Of a DNA stretch of 64,000 nucleotides, positions 31,111 through 43,375 are shown piece after piece. The stretch covers positions 7,616,001 through 7,680,000 of the forward strand of contig CM000151.3 of assembly GCA_000004695.1 (NCBI GenBank). The letters run 5' to 3'. Each line of letters opens with the position of its first letter. Within the stretch, counting starts at the first letter, position 1. The translations under genes and the position numbers were made by a program. Below the pieces are notes generated by a model, which was not told where the DNA came from, did no database searches, and was given only the letters and a program-made list of their open reading frames with translations. Source of the DNA: Dictyostelium discoideum. Lineage: Eukaryota.

Positions 31111-33208
31111 AAATAAAAAAATAAAAAAATAAAGAAAAAAAAAAAAAATAAATAAAATAAAATAAAAAAACAGTAAAGAGAATTTTTATTGGGAACCATT
31201 TTTTTCTTTTTTTTTTTTATCATAATAAAAAACAATTTCTAAAAAAAAAAAAAAGATTGAAAAAAAAAATTAAAATCCAAAAAAATATGTATTTTAAAAA
31301 ATATATGTAATATGATAATGACCAACATTAGTAATTTTGATTTAAAAAAGTTATTTTTATAATCAAAACATGAGCAGTAATTTACTCTTTTTTTAATTAT
31401 CATATGATTTAAGAATGTGATTTAGTGGTGGTGTTGAATATAATTCTTAAATTAACTAAAAAGGAATTAAGCCCCTTTATTCTATTGCAAATTTTAAAGG
31501 GGTGGGGCTTTGGTTTTTTTACATTTTTTTAACAAATTTTTTTTTTTTTTTTTTTTTTTAATTTTGGTCATTTTGATTTACCCACTACTATTTTTGTTAA
31601 TAGTAATTTTTTGTGTAACTGTAATATTTTTTTTATTTTTTCCCATTAATGACAGTTGGGGAGTAATTTAAATTTAAAATTAAACAATCAACAACAAAAA
31701 ACAAAAAACAAAAAAAAAAAAAAAAAAGTTAAATAATAATTAATATTAGAAATTTAAATTCAAATTGTGATATTTTTTTTTTTTTTTCATTTTTTTTAAT
31801 TTTAAATTTTTTAATTTTAAATTTGGGTTTAAAAAAAGGTAAAAAAAAAAATTTTTGGTTTTTTCTTGGACCTTAAATGGTTAAAATTCCTTTTCATAAA
31901 ATTAAAGTTTTTAACCGGTAAATTTTTTTAAAAATAATAATTTTTTCCAAAATAAAATTTGCAATTAACAAAAAAAAAAAAAAAAAACATTTTCCAAATA
32001 TTTACTTTTTTTTTTTTTTTTAATTGGATTTTAAAAAAAATATCTTTAAATTATTATTAATATTATTAATATTATTACTAATATATTTTTTTTTTTTTTT
32101 TTTTTTTTTCATTTTTTTTTTTTTAAAACCTACTTTACTTATTATTTACTTAGATTTCAACAAATTCCAAGTTCTTGATGATATCAATTTTTCAATCATT
32201 AGCAAAGTCCTCAGAAAATAAAAAGAAAATAATTCAAAAAATAAATAATGTTGGTTTTGTGTAATTTTGGATTTCATTTGAAATATAATCAACTTTAATA
32301 TGTATATAGTCAATTTAATGATTTATTATCCAATTATTCACCAATTGAAAAAAAGTGGCTCACCACAACAGACACTTTAAGCAATCATCTGGGAACATCC
32401 AATTTTTTTTTTTTTAAAGATTTTTTTTTTAATCAAATTACCCAATACTTTCACACTCATTTTAATCTTAATATTAAAATTTTTTCATTTCCATTTTTTA
32501 AAATTATTTTAATTATTTTTTTTAATTTTTTTTTTTTTTAATTTTTTTTTTTTTTTTTTTTGTAATTTGACCAACCAATCATATTCAACCATCGATTATA
32601 AATCTCTTCTTCTATTTTTTTTTTTTTTTTTTTTTTTTCTTTCACCTATATAAATATCTCAAAATGTTTCACGATCATCATTAATTTCATTATTTGAATT
32701 GCAATGATTTTATCTTCTTTTTATAATTTTTTTTTTTTGAAATCTTTTTTCAGAATTTGTTTCATTTTATTATTACCCAATAAAATAAATCAAATCCCAA
32801 CCCCACTTTATTTAATAAATCTGTCAATCAAAATTTAATTAATGATGATTATTTGAAAAAAAAAAAAAAAAAAAAAACAATCACAGAAAAAAGTGTTTTT
32901 ATTTTTTTTATTTTTTAAATATTTTTGTATTCTTTTCTCATAACTGACCAGAAATTTTTTTATTTATTTTTCTTTTTTTTTTTATTTCTTTTTTTTTCTT
33001 ATTTTATTTTTTCTTTTGTCCTTTTTTTTTATTTTTTTTATTTTTTTATTTTTTTATATTTTTCTATTTTTTTTATTATTTTTTTTTACTTGAACTGAAA
33101 TTCTAAATTAAGAAATATCTTAAAGATGGTTTGAGTATATTAATTGGGAGGGAAAAAATTGATGTTTTTTATTTTTAAATTTTTTCATTTTTTTCATTTT
33201 TTTTTTTT

Positions 33209-33242
<34 letters not shown>

Positions 33243-33276
33243 TTGTTCAACTATTTCGTAAATAATAAGGCAATCA

Positions 33277-34932
33277 ATGTATGACCTAAACACCAATAAA
33301 TATGGGTTTGGTACACCATCCCAGCAATCACAACCACAACAATTACAACAACAACAATTGCAACAACAACAATTACTACAACAATCACAATTATTACAAC
33401 CACAATATTTTGAAAAACAACAAATTGCAGATTACATTGACAAAACATTTGAAAAGAAGATAAAAGAATGGAAAACATGGACATTTTCATCAGTTTTCAT
33501 AATATTCTTACCACTATTATTATTTCAAATGTTATTTTTATCATTTATGTTTTCACCATCACCAAAGTCAACATCAACATCAATGATTTCAGTGATATTA
33601 AGAACAACTGGTAACCATATATTTGGAATAATATTATATGTTATTGGTCAATTGATATTAGGTGCATCATATCACTCAATTTGTAGTGTTTATAGACAAG
33701 TACCAGCCTCATTCAAAGAGCAATTCACTGTATTATCAATACCACATTTAATATTCATTACTTTAAATACATTAATTCAACCATTATTTTTATATTTCTT
33801 TTTCAGCATACCATTGAACAAATTTTCATTATCTTCAATAATTGAAGTTTGTTATCAAGATTTCTCTGAAACAATTCCAGTGTATGTATTTTTTTATCAT
33901 TATTAAATATATATATATAAATATAAATTAATATTAATTTTAATATTCTTATCATTTTTTTTTTTTATTAAAGAGCAAAATGTGAACTTGAATATAATTT
34001 ATTCTTTTATTTATTTGTTTTATCATGTATTGGATTAGTTTGTTCAGGTTTATTTAGAATTTATTCGAATCAAGAATTTGTTTATTCATTTCCAAAAGCA
34101 AATATACCAACATTCATTCAAATTAAATCTATGCTTTACAATAACTTTTGGATAAGTTTTTACACTTCATTTTATTTATTCTTTTTAGGTTCATTTTTAT
34201 TAGGTATTTTGTTTTTGTAAGTATTATTAATTCATAATTATTATATAAATAAATAAATAAATAAATTAATAAAATTAGATAAAAATTTACTAATATTAAT
34301 AAATTATTTTTAGAATTTTATTTAAAACATTTACAATTCAAATTTTAATATTTTCAATTAAATTATGGTGTTTTACATTTGCAATTATTTTCCAAAATTT
34401 AACAAGAAATAGATTATTTGAAATTTATTTTACACGTGGTCTTAGATTTACATTGGAAACCTTTAATAGTGTTACATTTGATTCTTCAAATAGTCAACAA
34501 CAACAACAACAACAACAACAACCACAACAACAACAACAACAACAACAACAAACATTATTTGATAATAAACCAATCATTGAAAATGGTAGTATCTTCTTAT
34601 TGAAAGCAATCTATAGTTGTGATCCATTAATTCAAGCATTGGGTTGGAAAGATTTCCTTCATCTATCAAAATACTCTCAACCAAGAAGAACTTATCTATA
34701 TAGAGAAATGAGTGAACTTTTAGATCAACCTTCAATTTTAAAAATTATTCGTCAATATGAAGATCAAATTAATGATTTATCTTTAAAATTATCTGTATGT
34801 ATTTATATTATTGATTATTTTAATTACTTTAAATTTTTAACTTTATTTTCATTTAAATTATTTAGTGTCCAAGAGAATATTATGAAAGTTTAAATAGTGG
34901 CAATATTAAAAAAGAAGATGATAAAAATAAAA

Positions 34933-35004
<72 letters not shown>

Positions 35005-35691
35005 GTAATAATAATAATAATTCAATAATTTTTAAAATTGGTAATAATATTGAAAAAATTATAAAGAAAACATTAAATTTTATAAGTGGTGTAAAGTTTG
35101 ATTATAATTTATATGAATGTGAAATTAGACAAGCATTATCAAATACACAATCTATACTATGGTCAATTGAATCAATTGGATCATTAATTGTATCAGCACA
35201 AATAAATGATGATAGAGAAACTATGGAACTTTTGCATAGATATCAAATTCCTCAAAAGTTTTTAATACCATTATTCCAAATTTTAGCATTGATAGATCAA
35301 TTGGAAAAAGATTTATCTCATCAAATCGAATTAGATAAATTCACAATCAATAGAGATTATTACTTTTTAAAATCTTTCTCAAATTTAATTGAACCACCTT
35401 TAAATTGTTTAGGAATTTTAAAAACTTCAAGACCTCATTTTAGAATTTTTAAACTTGGTAAGTTTTTTTTTTTTTTTATTTATTCAATTTTTTAATTATC
35501 TTTTTCACAGTACCTAATTATTACAATTATTATTATTATTATTATTATTATTTCATTATTTAGTTGGTAAAAATATGATTAGTCAAGTACTTGAAACTAT
35601 TGGTCATCAAATATCAGACATTTCGTTCCCTTATGATTTAAGAACAACTTTGAATAGTTACAGAAATGGTGAATTTAGTATTTATCAATAA
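33277..35691 (+). CDS. Multi-pass membrane protein with poly-Q/poly-N linkers, 5 exons: join(33277..33881,33974..34216,34314..34794,34866..35457,35564..35691), about 682 aa
   Basis: Five ORF segments join through canonical GTATGT/GTAAGT donors and AG acceptors with consistent phases (2,2,0,1). This includes the track ORFs 33277.., 34453.. and 35223... There are at least 6 hydrophobic helices in exons 1-3 and a soluble C-terminal region. No family recognised. Confidence 0.65.
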
Positions 35692-35927
35692 ATTTTTTTT
35701 TAAAGATTTATAATTAAAATATTTGTTTTTTGGGATCTTATTTTTATTTTCTGTTTTGTTTCATTTATTTTACCAAAGTTTTTTTTTATTAACCCTCAAT
35801 TTCAGGGCTTAATGTTTTTATTGTTTGAAAGCCTTCGATAAATGTTTTATATTATTTTCTTAATATTTTTTTCACAAAAAAATTACAACAAAAATTTTCT
35901 TAAATAACCAAAAATCATATGATTATA

Positions 35928-36000
35928 GCTCGATTAGCTCAGTCGGCAGAGCGTGGTGCTAATAACGCCACGGTCGCAGGTTCGATCCCTGCATCGAGCA
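35928..36000 (+). tRNA. tRNA-Ile (anticodon AAU)
   Basis: GCTCGATTAGCTCAGTCGGCAGAGCGTGGTGCTAATAACGCCACGGTCGCAGGTTCGATCCCTGCATCGAGCA. Features: 7-bp acceptor stem, D arm, anticodon stem TGGTG/CGCCA with loop CTAATAA (anticodon AAT), T arm with GGTTCGATCC B box, discriminator A. Confidence 0.9.
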
Positions 36001-36031
36001 ATCATCTTTATGGGGAATTGAAACGATCAAA

Positions 36032-36043
36032 GGTTCGATTTCC
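36032..36043 (+). promoter_or_regulatory. External B box (exB) downstream of tRNA-Ile
   Basis: GGTTCGATTTCC, 32 bp past the tRNA 3' end, duplicates the internal B-box consensus GGTTCGAnnCC. This is the characteristic dictyostelid exB element. Confidence 0.55.
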
Positions 36044-36506
36044 TTTGGATACACGTTCTTTGGTGCTTCCAAATCTTATCTCCAATTGGCCATCTAATCA
36101 ATTAAAATTTTTTTTGATTATATAATTTAACTTTTTTAACTTTCAATACTAACATATTTCAAAAGTAGATACCTAAAAAATGAAAATAATAATAATAATA
36201 AAAATAATATTAACTCTAAATTTTAACTAGACTATTTTGAAATTGTAAATTAAAATTTACAATTTGAAAATTCAAAATAAAAAAAGGAATAACTTTTTTA
36301 CATTTTGAAATTAAAATTCATAAATAAAACTATTAATTATTGTTATTTCCTTTAATATATAAACTTTGATTAATCAATATTATAAAAAAAATTAAAATTA
36401 ATTGCTGTTTATTTCTTTTAATGGATAAACACTGATTAATCAATATTAATAATAATTAAATAAAATTTTTATAATTAAATAATCAATATTAAATAATAAA
36501 CAAACT

Positions 36507-36572
36507 AACAAACAAACAAACAAACAAACAAACAAACAAACAAACAAACAAACAAACAAACAAACAAACAAA
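36507..36572. repeat. (CAAA)n microsatellite, about 16 units
   Basis: Perfect tandem array. Confidence 0.95.
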
Positions 36573-36687
36573 TAAATAAATAATTAATTATTTTAAAAAA
36601 ATTATTTTGAAGTATTAATTAAGAAATTTAAGTTTATTAAGAAATTTTTTTAAAACTTTAAAGTTAATTAAATTTTTTTTTTTTTTT

Positions 36688-37539
36688 TTAATTAATTTCA
36701 ATATTTTTTAAACAATATTCAATTGATTTTGGTAATTGTTTAATCAAGCTATCGATTAATTCAATTTGTGATAGTGCATAATTATAGTGAGCCAATGTTA
36801 TAGTTTCAATCAATTGTGATTGAATTTCATTTAAATAATTTGGATCCAACTTTGATGTTATATTTTTCTGATCATATTGCTTATCTAAAAAGTGAATAAC
36901 ATCTTCAATACCAACCAAACCAACTAAAGATATTAAAACTTGTTTAATTTTTTCATAATATTCTAAATTAATTTCTCCTTGAGCATTAACAGTTTTACCT
37001 TTATTTAAAATTCTTTTAACTTCTAAAATTTGAGAGTCATTTCCTTCTTCTGTTGGGAATAACATTTGAGAGACTCTTTTAAAAATTTTAGCTTTATATA
37101 ATTTATGATTATCAATGGAATCGCTGGGTCTAATATATATTACACAGGTGATTTTATAGGGAAGTTTATTAATTTTTGTGAGTAGCTCTTTTAACAAACT
37201 TATTGAGCCTCCTTCAAATATACAGCCATAACCCTTTTCATTTGGTAAATTTTGGGTGTCATAATTATTCTTTATTTCATTTAAAATGTTTATTAATTTA
37301 TTAACATAAAAAGTTTTTTTTATATTTTCATTCCCTGGTTCTACCAATAAATCGGTTAAGTAAATCCTTTTACTACCAAAATATTCGCTTTCATCGGGTC
37401 TACCAGATGTAATACTTAATTCTGGAAAACATTGAATTCTATCTAAAACTACAACAGGGGCATTATATTTTTTTGAATAATTTATTGACAAGTCTGTTTT
37501 GCCAACTCCAGTAGAACCGATAATTAATAAAATCTTCAT
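36688..37539 (-). CDS. iptA: Adenylate isopentenyltransferase (cytokinin synthase, Agrobacterium Tmr/Ipt type), 283 aa
   Basis: P-loop IIGSTGVGKTDLS, then VVVLDRIQCFPELSITSGRPDESEYFGSKRIYLTD. This is nearly collinear with Agrobacterium Tmr [35 protein letters not shown]. It is unlike tRNA-IPT/MiaA. D. discoideum is known to make cytokinin (discadenine precursor) with such an enzyme. The symbol is from memory. Confidence 0.8.
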   Translation of the reverse strand: MKILLIIGSTGVGKTDLSINYSKKYNAPVVVLDRIQCFPELSITSGRPDESEYFGSKRIYLTDLLVEPGNENIKKTFYVNKLINILNEIKNNYDTQNLPNEKGYGCIFEGGSISLLKELLTKINKLPYKITCVIYIRPSDSIDNHKLYKAKIFKRVSQMLFPTEEGNDSQILEVKRILNKGKTVNAQGEINLEYYEKIKQVLISLVGLVGIEDVIHFLDKQYDQKNITSKLDPNYLNEIQSQLIETITLAHYNYALSQIELIDSLIKQLPKSIEYCLKNIEIN

Positions 37540-37754
37540 TTTATTTTTTTAAAAAATATATTTTTTTTTATTTTTTTTTTATTTATTTAAAATAAATCTT
37601 TATTATTATTATTATTATTTTTTTTTTTTTTTATTTTTTTTTTAATATTATTTTTTATTTTTTTTTAAGTTGGCCATATAAATGGTTTTGTATGTGTAAA
37701 ATAATATATTTTATTTTTTATTTTTCTTAATCGAAAAATTGAGAGTAATAAATA

Positions 37755-37786
<32 letters not shown>

Positions 37787-38660
37787 TCTTATTTTATAGT
37801 TTTGACTTGTAATTTTTCCAAGTTTTTTTTTTTTTTTTTTTTTTTTTAGAAATAAAATTTAATTTAATTTAACTAAAATGAAATAGATCTCAATTTTTTA
37901 CTAAAAATATAAAAAAAAAATGAAAAAAAAATAAAAAATTAAAAAGAAAAAAAACAAAAAAAAAAGATTAAAATAAAATAAAATTAAAAAATTAAAAATA
38001 AAATAATAAAAAAAAGTCTTTTTTATATTTTGCATTTTAATTTGGCCGTATCAAAACTGCTGTTTTAGTAGTAGCATTAATGGTTTAAACCATTTTTTAA
38101 AAAAAAAATAATATTGAGGGTTAATAAGAGATTTTACCTTTATATAGTATGATCCCCAAAAAAAAAAAAAAAAAAATCTTTCTGCAGATCCTCCTAAAAA
38201 AAAAAATAAAAAAAAAAACAAAAAATACATTTTTAAATGATTTAATTAATTTTAGAAAACATAAAAAAACAAGTCATCCGATATCAAATATCTTTTTAAA
38301 AACTAATGTCAAAAAAAAAAAAACTCATTTTTGTGAGTGTGAGTGTAAAAAATATACATATATACAACTTCCAAATTAAGAAATTAAAAATTATTTTTTA
38401 AACACAAAATATCATATTTAATAAAGAGGCAAAAATGGTTAGAAAACAAATAGTTAACAATTTTGTGTTTATACTTAAATAACTTCTCTTTTTTTTCACT
38501 GGGAAACCTTTTTTGATATTCAGTTATTATATTTTTTAAAAGTCACTATTGTTTTTTATTTTAATAGATAACGAATAAATAACTTAAAATTAACAAGAAA
38601 TAATAAAATAAAATAAAATAAAAAAAATAAAAAAATAAAAAAAAAACTGTGGGTGTTAAA

Positions 38661-38802
<142 letters not shown>

Positions 38803-39047
38803 TTTATTTTTATGATTATTTTTATTTTTATTTTTATTGTTATTGTTATTGTTATTATTTTTTTTTTATTTTTTTTTTTATTTTTTTTTTTTACATCGGT
38901 AGTTACAATTATAATTAGGTAATTGAATAAATATCTTTTTATTTTTATTTATTTTGTTTTATTTTTATTTTTATTTTTAGATTTTTTTATTACTAAAAAA
39001 AAAATAAAAAAATAAAAAAAAACTGAGGGAGATAAGGTCTTGAATGA

Positions 39048-42000
39048 TTAATGTTTCCAAGATGGTTTATCATCTTCGTCGTAATCGTCCTCATCATCGT
39101 CGTCGTCGTCATCATTTGCGTTGTTATTAATGTTGCTTCCGGATTTTAAGATAGTTTCTGTTGGAATTTCTTCATAGTCTTGTTCTTCTTCGTCTTGATT
39201 TTCATTATTATTATTATTATTATTATCGTCATTCATGTTATCAGCAGCATCTTCATCTTGATTATCATAAGCATCTTCATCAAATTCATCATCGCTACTC
39301 TTTTCTTTTATAGTTTGTTTAAATTGAGATTGGAGTTGTTGTTTTTGTTGAAGTTGTTTTGCTAGTATTTGTTGTTGTTGTTGTTGTAGTTTTTGTTGTA
39401 ATTGTGATAGCTGTTGTTGTGGTAGTTGTGGTAGTTGTTGTTTACTGAATTGAGGTAATAGTTGTTTTTCTTTATCTTGAACCCACTGTATATTTAAACT
39501 CTTTCCTTTATAAACTTTGGCAACAACAAACACCCTTTCAGCGGATTGTCTTTTACCAAATTTAATTTGAATTGAATTCTCCTCTTGAATAACTGATTCT
39601 ATATCGGTGAATAATTGTTTCAATAATGACTCATTTTTAAATTCTAAAGGAGGATCAATAATTTGAATTGTAGTGGTTGTATTATCAATTAGTATACTAT
39701 TATTCTTTGGTTTCTTTGCTATTATTGGTTTTTGTGCCACTAATCTTGGTGGTAACTTTTTAAAATTAGGTTTATTTGGTATTATAGGAGTAGTAGTAGT
39801 TGTGGTTGTAGGTATGGAGGTAATAGTAGTAGTAGCTGTTGCAGCAGAGGTTATAGTATTTGGGTCAATACCTAAACTCTTTGCTTCAGATTCTAATTCT
39901 TTTAATGTATTTGATAATTGTTCAATATTACCACTACCAGGTGCACCTTCAATTTCAATAGAGGTAGATGTTGGTGTAGTTGGTGTAGTTGGTGTTGTTG
40001 GTGTAGTTGGTGTAGTTGGCATTGGTGTAGTTGGTGTTGATATATTATTAAGGGTAGTAATTGTTGTTGATGTTGATGGTTGTGGTGTTGATGTTGAAGT
40101 TGAAGTTGATGGTGGTATTAAAACTGTTGATGCTGTTGTTGTTGTTGTTGTTGTTGTTGTTGCTGCTGCTGAAGTAGTAGAATTTAATTGATTTAATTGA
40201 TTTGTAGTTTGTTGATCTTTTTGTAAAGATTCAGTGATTGACTTTGTTAATTGTTTAATTGATTCTTTTATTGCATCTTTTTCTTTTTCATCTTTACAGA
40301 TTGCCAATTTAGTGAGTAATTGCTTTTGAAGATCTAATTGTTGATTTCTTAATTCCTCTCTAGATTTAACGACTAAAACTAGTTCTTTCTTCTTTTCAGA
40401 TTGTTTTTCCAATAGTTTTTTTCTATCCTCTAGCTTCTTTAACAATTGCTGTTCACGAATTTTCATTAAATCTTGATCACGTTTCTCTTTCTCTTCTTTC
40501 TTCTTTTGAATTTGTTCTTGTTTCTCTTGTTGTTCTTCAAATTTAGTTTTCTTTGCAGTTGCATGATCGAATGAATCCTCCCAAAACAATTTAATGAAAC
40601 GATTATTCATTATTGCTTCTGGTGATTTCATAGCTTTCATAGCTTCAGAGTTATTACTAAATTCAATCATAGATTTTGCTGTTGATAATTTCGTTATATT
40701 TGTAATAGTTCCAAACTTTGAGAAATGTTCTCTTATCTCTTCTTCAATATTTTGTTGTAATGGTATGTTGGTAATAACCAATTTTGTTGATTCTGAACTT
40801 GGGCAATTTGATGATGTTTTAATATTATCATATTGTTTATTACCTCTATTATTGTTATTATTGTTATTTTGGAAATCATTAAATTCTTCATCATCTTCAT
40901 TATTATAATTATTGCTGTTATTATTATTATTAATATTATTATTGTTATTATTATTAATATTATTATTGTTATTATTATTATTATTGTTATTATAAATATT
41001 ATTATTGTTATTATTATTATTAATATTAAAATCCATATTATTGAAGTCCATATTATTATTATTGTTGTTATTATTATGATTATTGAAATCCATTTGATTT
41101 TGATTCATTTGACCTATATACATTTGATTTTGATCCATCATTGAGAATGATGGTTGATTATTATTTATGTTATTATTATTATTATTATTGTTATTATTAA
41201 ATGATGAGAAAATCATTTGATTTGGCGATATATTAGCATTGTCGAATGGGAATGGTGGAGAATTATTGTCACTAACATTATTGACTGGTATATTAAAATT
41301 ATTATTGTTATTGTTATTATTATTATCATCATCAAACCTATTGTTAAATTTCCTAAAATTATTATTATTATTATTATCAAAATCATTAAAATTACCACCA
41401 TTATACATATATCCATTATTATTATTATTGTTATTGTTATTGTTCATGTTTTGATTATTGTTATTGATCATATCAATATTATTATTATTATTATTGTTAT
41501 TATTATTATTATTATTTAATAAGCTAAGATCATGTGAGAAATTACAACTATCTCCACGTGTACAAATACCATTCTTTTCAATGTATTTACATATTCTTGT
41601 ACTCTTCGGGAACTTTTTAAAACTATTATTATTATTATTGTTATTAAACTCATCATTTGTCGATCTTCTTTTAAATCTGTTTGCACCACTACCATTTCTA
41701 TATGTGTTGTTACCTGTCATATTATTATTGTTATTATTATTATTATTGTTGTTGTTGTTGTTATTATTATTATTATTATTAAATTCATCAAGTGGTTGGG
41801 GTGAATTTGATCTTGATCTTGATCTTTTTCTTGTATGAGTTGTAAGTGATGATGAGGATGGAGAAATAGATCTTTCTCTTTCTCTTTCTCTCTCTCTCTC
41901 TCTATATCTATTAGAGGAGGAGGAGGAAGAAGAAGAATTGTTATTATAGTCTCTATCATTATGATCTCTTTCTCTACTATTTCTATTTCTATCTCTATCT

Positions 42001-42539
42001 CTATCCCTTTCACGATCTCTTTCTCTTTCACGATCTCTTTCTCTGTCCTTATTTCTATCCCTTTCACGATCTCTTTCTCTTTCACGATCTCTGTCTCTAT
42101 CTCTGTCTCTCTCTCTTTCAAGCCTGTCCCTATCTCTGTCTCTTTCTCTGTCTCTTTCTCTTTCTCTTTCTCTTTCACCTCTATCTCTATCACTTCTATC
42201 TCTATTTTCTCTTTCTCTTTCTCTCTCTCTTTCTCTACTATCTCTATTTGTAATTGTAATATTACTAGGTGATATTATTGGTGAAGTGGTTGATTTTGAG
42301 AAATAATTTGTTGAATTTAATTTTGAAACTAGAGTATTGATGAATGATTTTGTATTTTCATGTAAAAAATCCTCCAAATCTTTAGAGAATGTTTCCTCTA
42401 AATCCTTTCTTGTTTGAAATCCATTTGATAGAAATTCTTTAATGTAATCCGATAAGGATGATGGATCAAATTCACATATTGGATCTAAGGTTTGAATTAA
42501 AAACTTACTAAATTCTGGATCCTCTGTCAATTCTACCAT
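39048..42539 (-). CDS. RBM26/RBM27-like RNA-binding protein (N-terminal PWI-like domain, RD/RE dipeptide-repeat region, C3H1 zinc finger, RRM, coiled coil), 1163 aa
   Basis: N-terminus [37 protein letters not shown]...[21 protein letters not shown] parallels the RBM26/27 N-terminus (...LEPICDADPSALAKYV...LDVFLQKETQIFVEKLF). A long (RE/RD)n block is encoded by the (CT/CTCTAT)n region 41850..42240. C3H1 finger [54 protein letters not shown]-terminal K/E coiled coil and Thr/Pro tracts. Confidence 0.8.
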   Translation of the reverse strand: MVELTEDPEFSKFLIQTLDPICEFDPSSLSDYIKEFLSNGFQTRKDLEETFSKDLEDFLHENTKSFINTLVSKLNSTNYFSKSTTSPIISPSNITITNRDSRERERERERENRDRSDRDRGERERERERDRERDRDRDRLERERDRDRDRDRERERDRERDRNKDRERDRERERDRERDRDRDRNRNSRERDHNDRDYNNNSSSSSSSSNRYRERERERERERSISPSSSSLTTHTRKRSRSRSNSPQPLDEFNNNNNNNNNNNNNNNNNNNNMTGNNTYRNGSGANRFKRRSTNDEFNNNNNNNSFKKFPKSTRICKYIEKNGICTRGDSCNFSHDLSLLNNNNNNNNNNNNNIDMINNNNQNMNNNNNNNNNNGYMYNGGNFNDFDNNNNNNFRKFNNRFDDDNNNNNNNNNFNIPVNNVSDNNSPPFPFDNANISPNQMIFSSFNNNNNNNNNNINNNQPSFSMMDQNQMYIGQMNQNQMDFNNHNNNNNNNNMDFNNMDFNINNNNNNNNIYNNNNNNNNNNNINNNNNNNINNNNNSNNYNNEDDEEFNDFQNNNNNNNRGNKQYDNIKTSSNCPSSESTKLVITNIPLQQNIEEEIREHFSKFGTITNITKLSTAKSMIEFSNNSEAMKAMKSPEAIMNNRFIKLFWEDSFDHATAKKTKFEEQQEKQEQIQKKKEEKEKRDQDLMKIREQQLLKKLEDRKKLLEKQSEKKKELVLVVKSREELRNQQLDLQKQLLTKLAICKDEKEKDAIKESIKQLTKSITESLQKDQQTTNQLNQLNSTTSAAATTTTTTTTTASTVLIPPSTSTSTSTPQPSTSTTITTLNNISTPTTPMPTTPTTPTTPTTPTTPTSTSIEIEGAPGSGNIEQLSNTLKELESEAKSLGIDPNTITSAATATTTITSIPTTTTTTTPIIPNKPNFKKLPPRLVAQKPIIAKKPKNNSILIDNTTTTIQIIDPPLEFKNESLLKQLFTDIESVIQEENSIQIKFGKRQSAERVFVVAKVYKGKSLNIQWVQDKEKQLLPQFSKQQLPQLPQQQLSQLQQKLQQQQQQILAKQLQQKQQLQSQFKQTIKEKSSDDEFDEDAYDNQDEDAADNMNDDNNNNNNNENQDEEEQDYEEIPTETILKSGSNINNNANDDDDDDDEDDYDEDDKPSWKH

Positions 42540-42737
42540 GCTTTTTTTTTTTTTTTTTATATTTATATTTATAAATATTTTAATAATTAAATATAATATT
42601 AGATATGTATATTATATATATACTAATAAATATACTAATAAATATATATCTATTTGATATTTAAAACAATATAATTTGAGAATTAATTTAATGAACGAAA
42701 AAAAAAATATATAAAAAAAAAAAAATCTTTTTTTTTT

Positions 42738-42798
42738 TAATTTAATTTTTAATTTTTAATTTTTAATTTTTAATTTTTAATTTTTAATTTTTAATTTT
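42738..42798. repeat. (TTTTTAA)n heptanucleotide tandem repeat, about 9 units
   Basis: taatttttaatttttaattttt..., directly upstream of the start of the RBM26/27-like gene. Confidence 0.9.
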
Positions 42799-42949
42799 CT
42801 TACCTTTTTTACTTTGTATTGGTATTATTAAAGGAAATATTTCCTCTTTTGTAAAAAAAAAAATTTTATAAATATTATATTATTTGTTTAAAAAAAAAAA
42901 AAGTAATGAAAAATAAAAAAAAAAAAAAAAAAAAATTTAAAAATGAAAA

Positions 42950-42983
<34 letters not shown>

Positions 42984-43065
42984 AATTAGGTTGTGGATGA
43001 CATTTCTAAAAAAAAAAATGATTGCCTCTTTTCGTTTATTTTTATTTTTAATTTTTTTTTTTCTT

Positions 43066-43337
43066 TTAATTGTTTTTTTTATCATTTGTTGTTGAAGTTG
43101 AGGTTGATGTTGTTGAAGTGGTATTTAATGAATTTGATGATGATGAAGATGATGATGATGATAAAATAGTTGTTGTTGTGTTATCATAATTGGTGGTTTT
43201 TGATAAACATTGACCGAGGATAATGATTTTTATAAATATTTTTAAAAGTACAAGACATATATAAATTTGAACCATTAAAAATATACCAAAAATACCTTTT
43301 GATGGAATGAATTTATGAAATACTCTTACAACCTAAA

Positions 43338-43375
<38 letters not shown>

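Noticed and set aside
30193-32221. ORFs 30193..30456, 30272..30529, 30733..30951, 30993..31235, 32024..32221
   Set aside because: Poly-K/poly-F translations of the A/T homopolymer desert.
33251-33490. ORF 33251..33490(-)
   Set aside because: Antisense poly-V reading of the (CAA)n tract of the 33277 gene.
34418-34603. ORF 34418..34603(+)
   Set aside because: Alternate frame of exon 3 of the 5-exon membrane protein gene (poly-N from CAA repeats).
35919-36125. ORF 35919..36125(+)
   Set aside because: Spans the tRNA-Ile gene and its exB box. Not protein-coding.
36000-36688. Functional link between iptA and the adjacent tRNA-Ile(AAU)
   Set aside because: tRNA-Ile(AAU) decodes AUU and is not an i6A37 substrate (it carries t6A). 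The IPT here is an adenylate (not tRNA) isopentenyltransferase. The adjacency is most likely coincidental.
39180-42272. Nine ORFs on both strands inside 39048..42539
   Set aside because: Antisense or alternate frames of the RBM26/27-like gene's (AAT)n, (CT)n and (ACA)n coding repeats, giving poly-I/poly-L/poly-V/EKEKE products.
42888-43275. ORF 42888..43085(-) (poly-F/K); the ORF 43066..43275(-) treated as an independent gene
   Set aside because: The first is homopolymer spacer. The second is the terminal exon of the TAPT1-like gene, not a separate gene.
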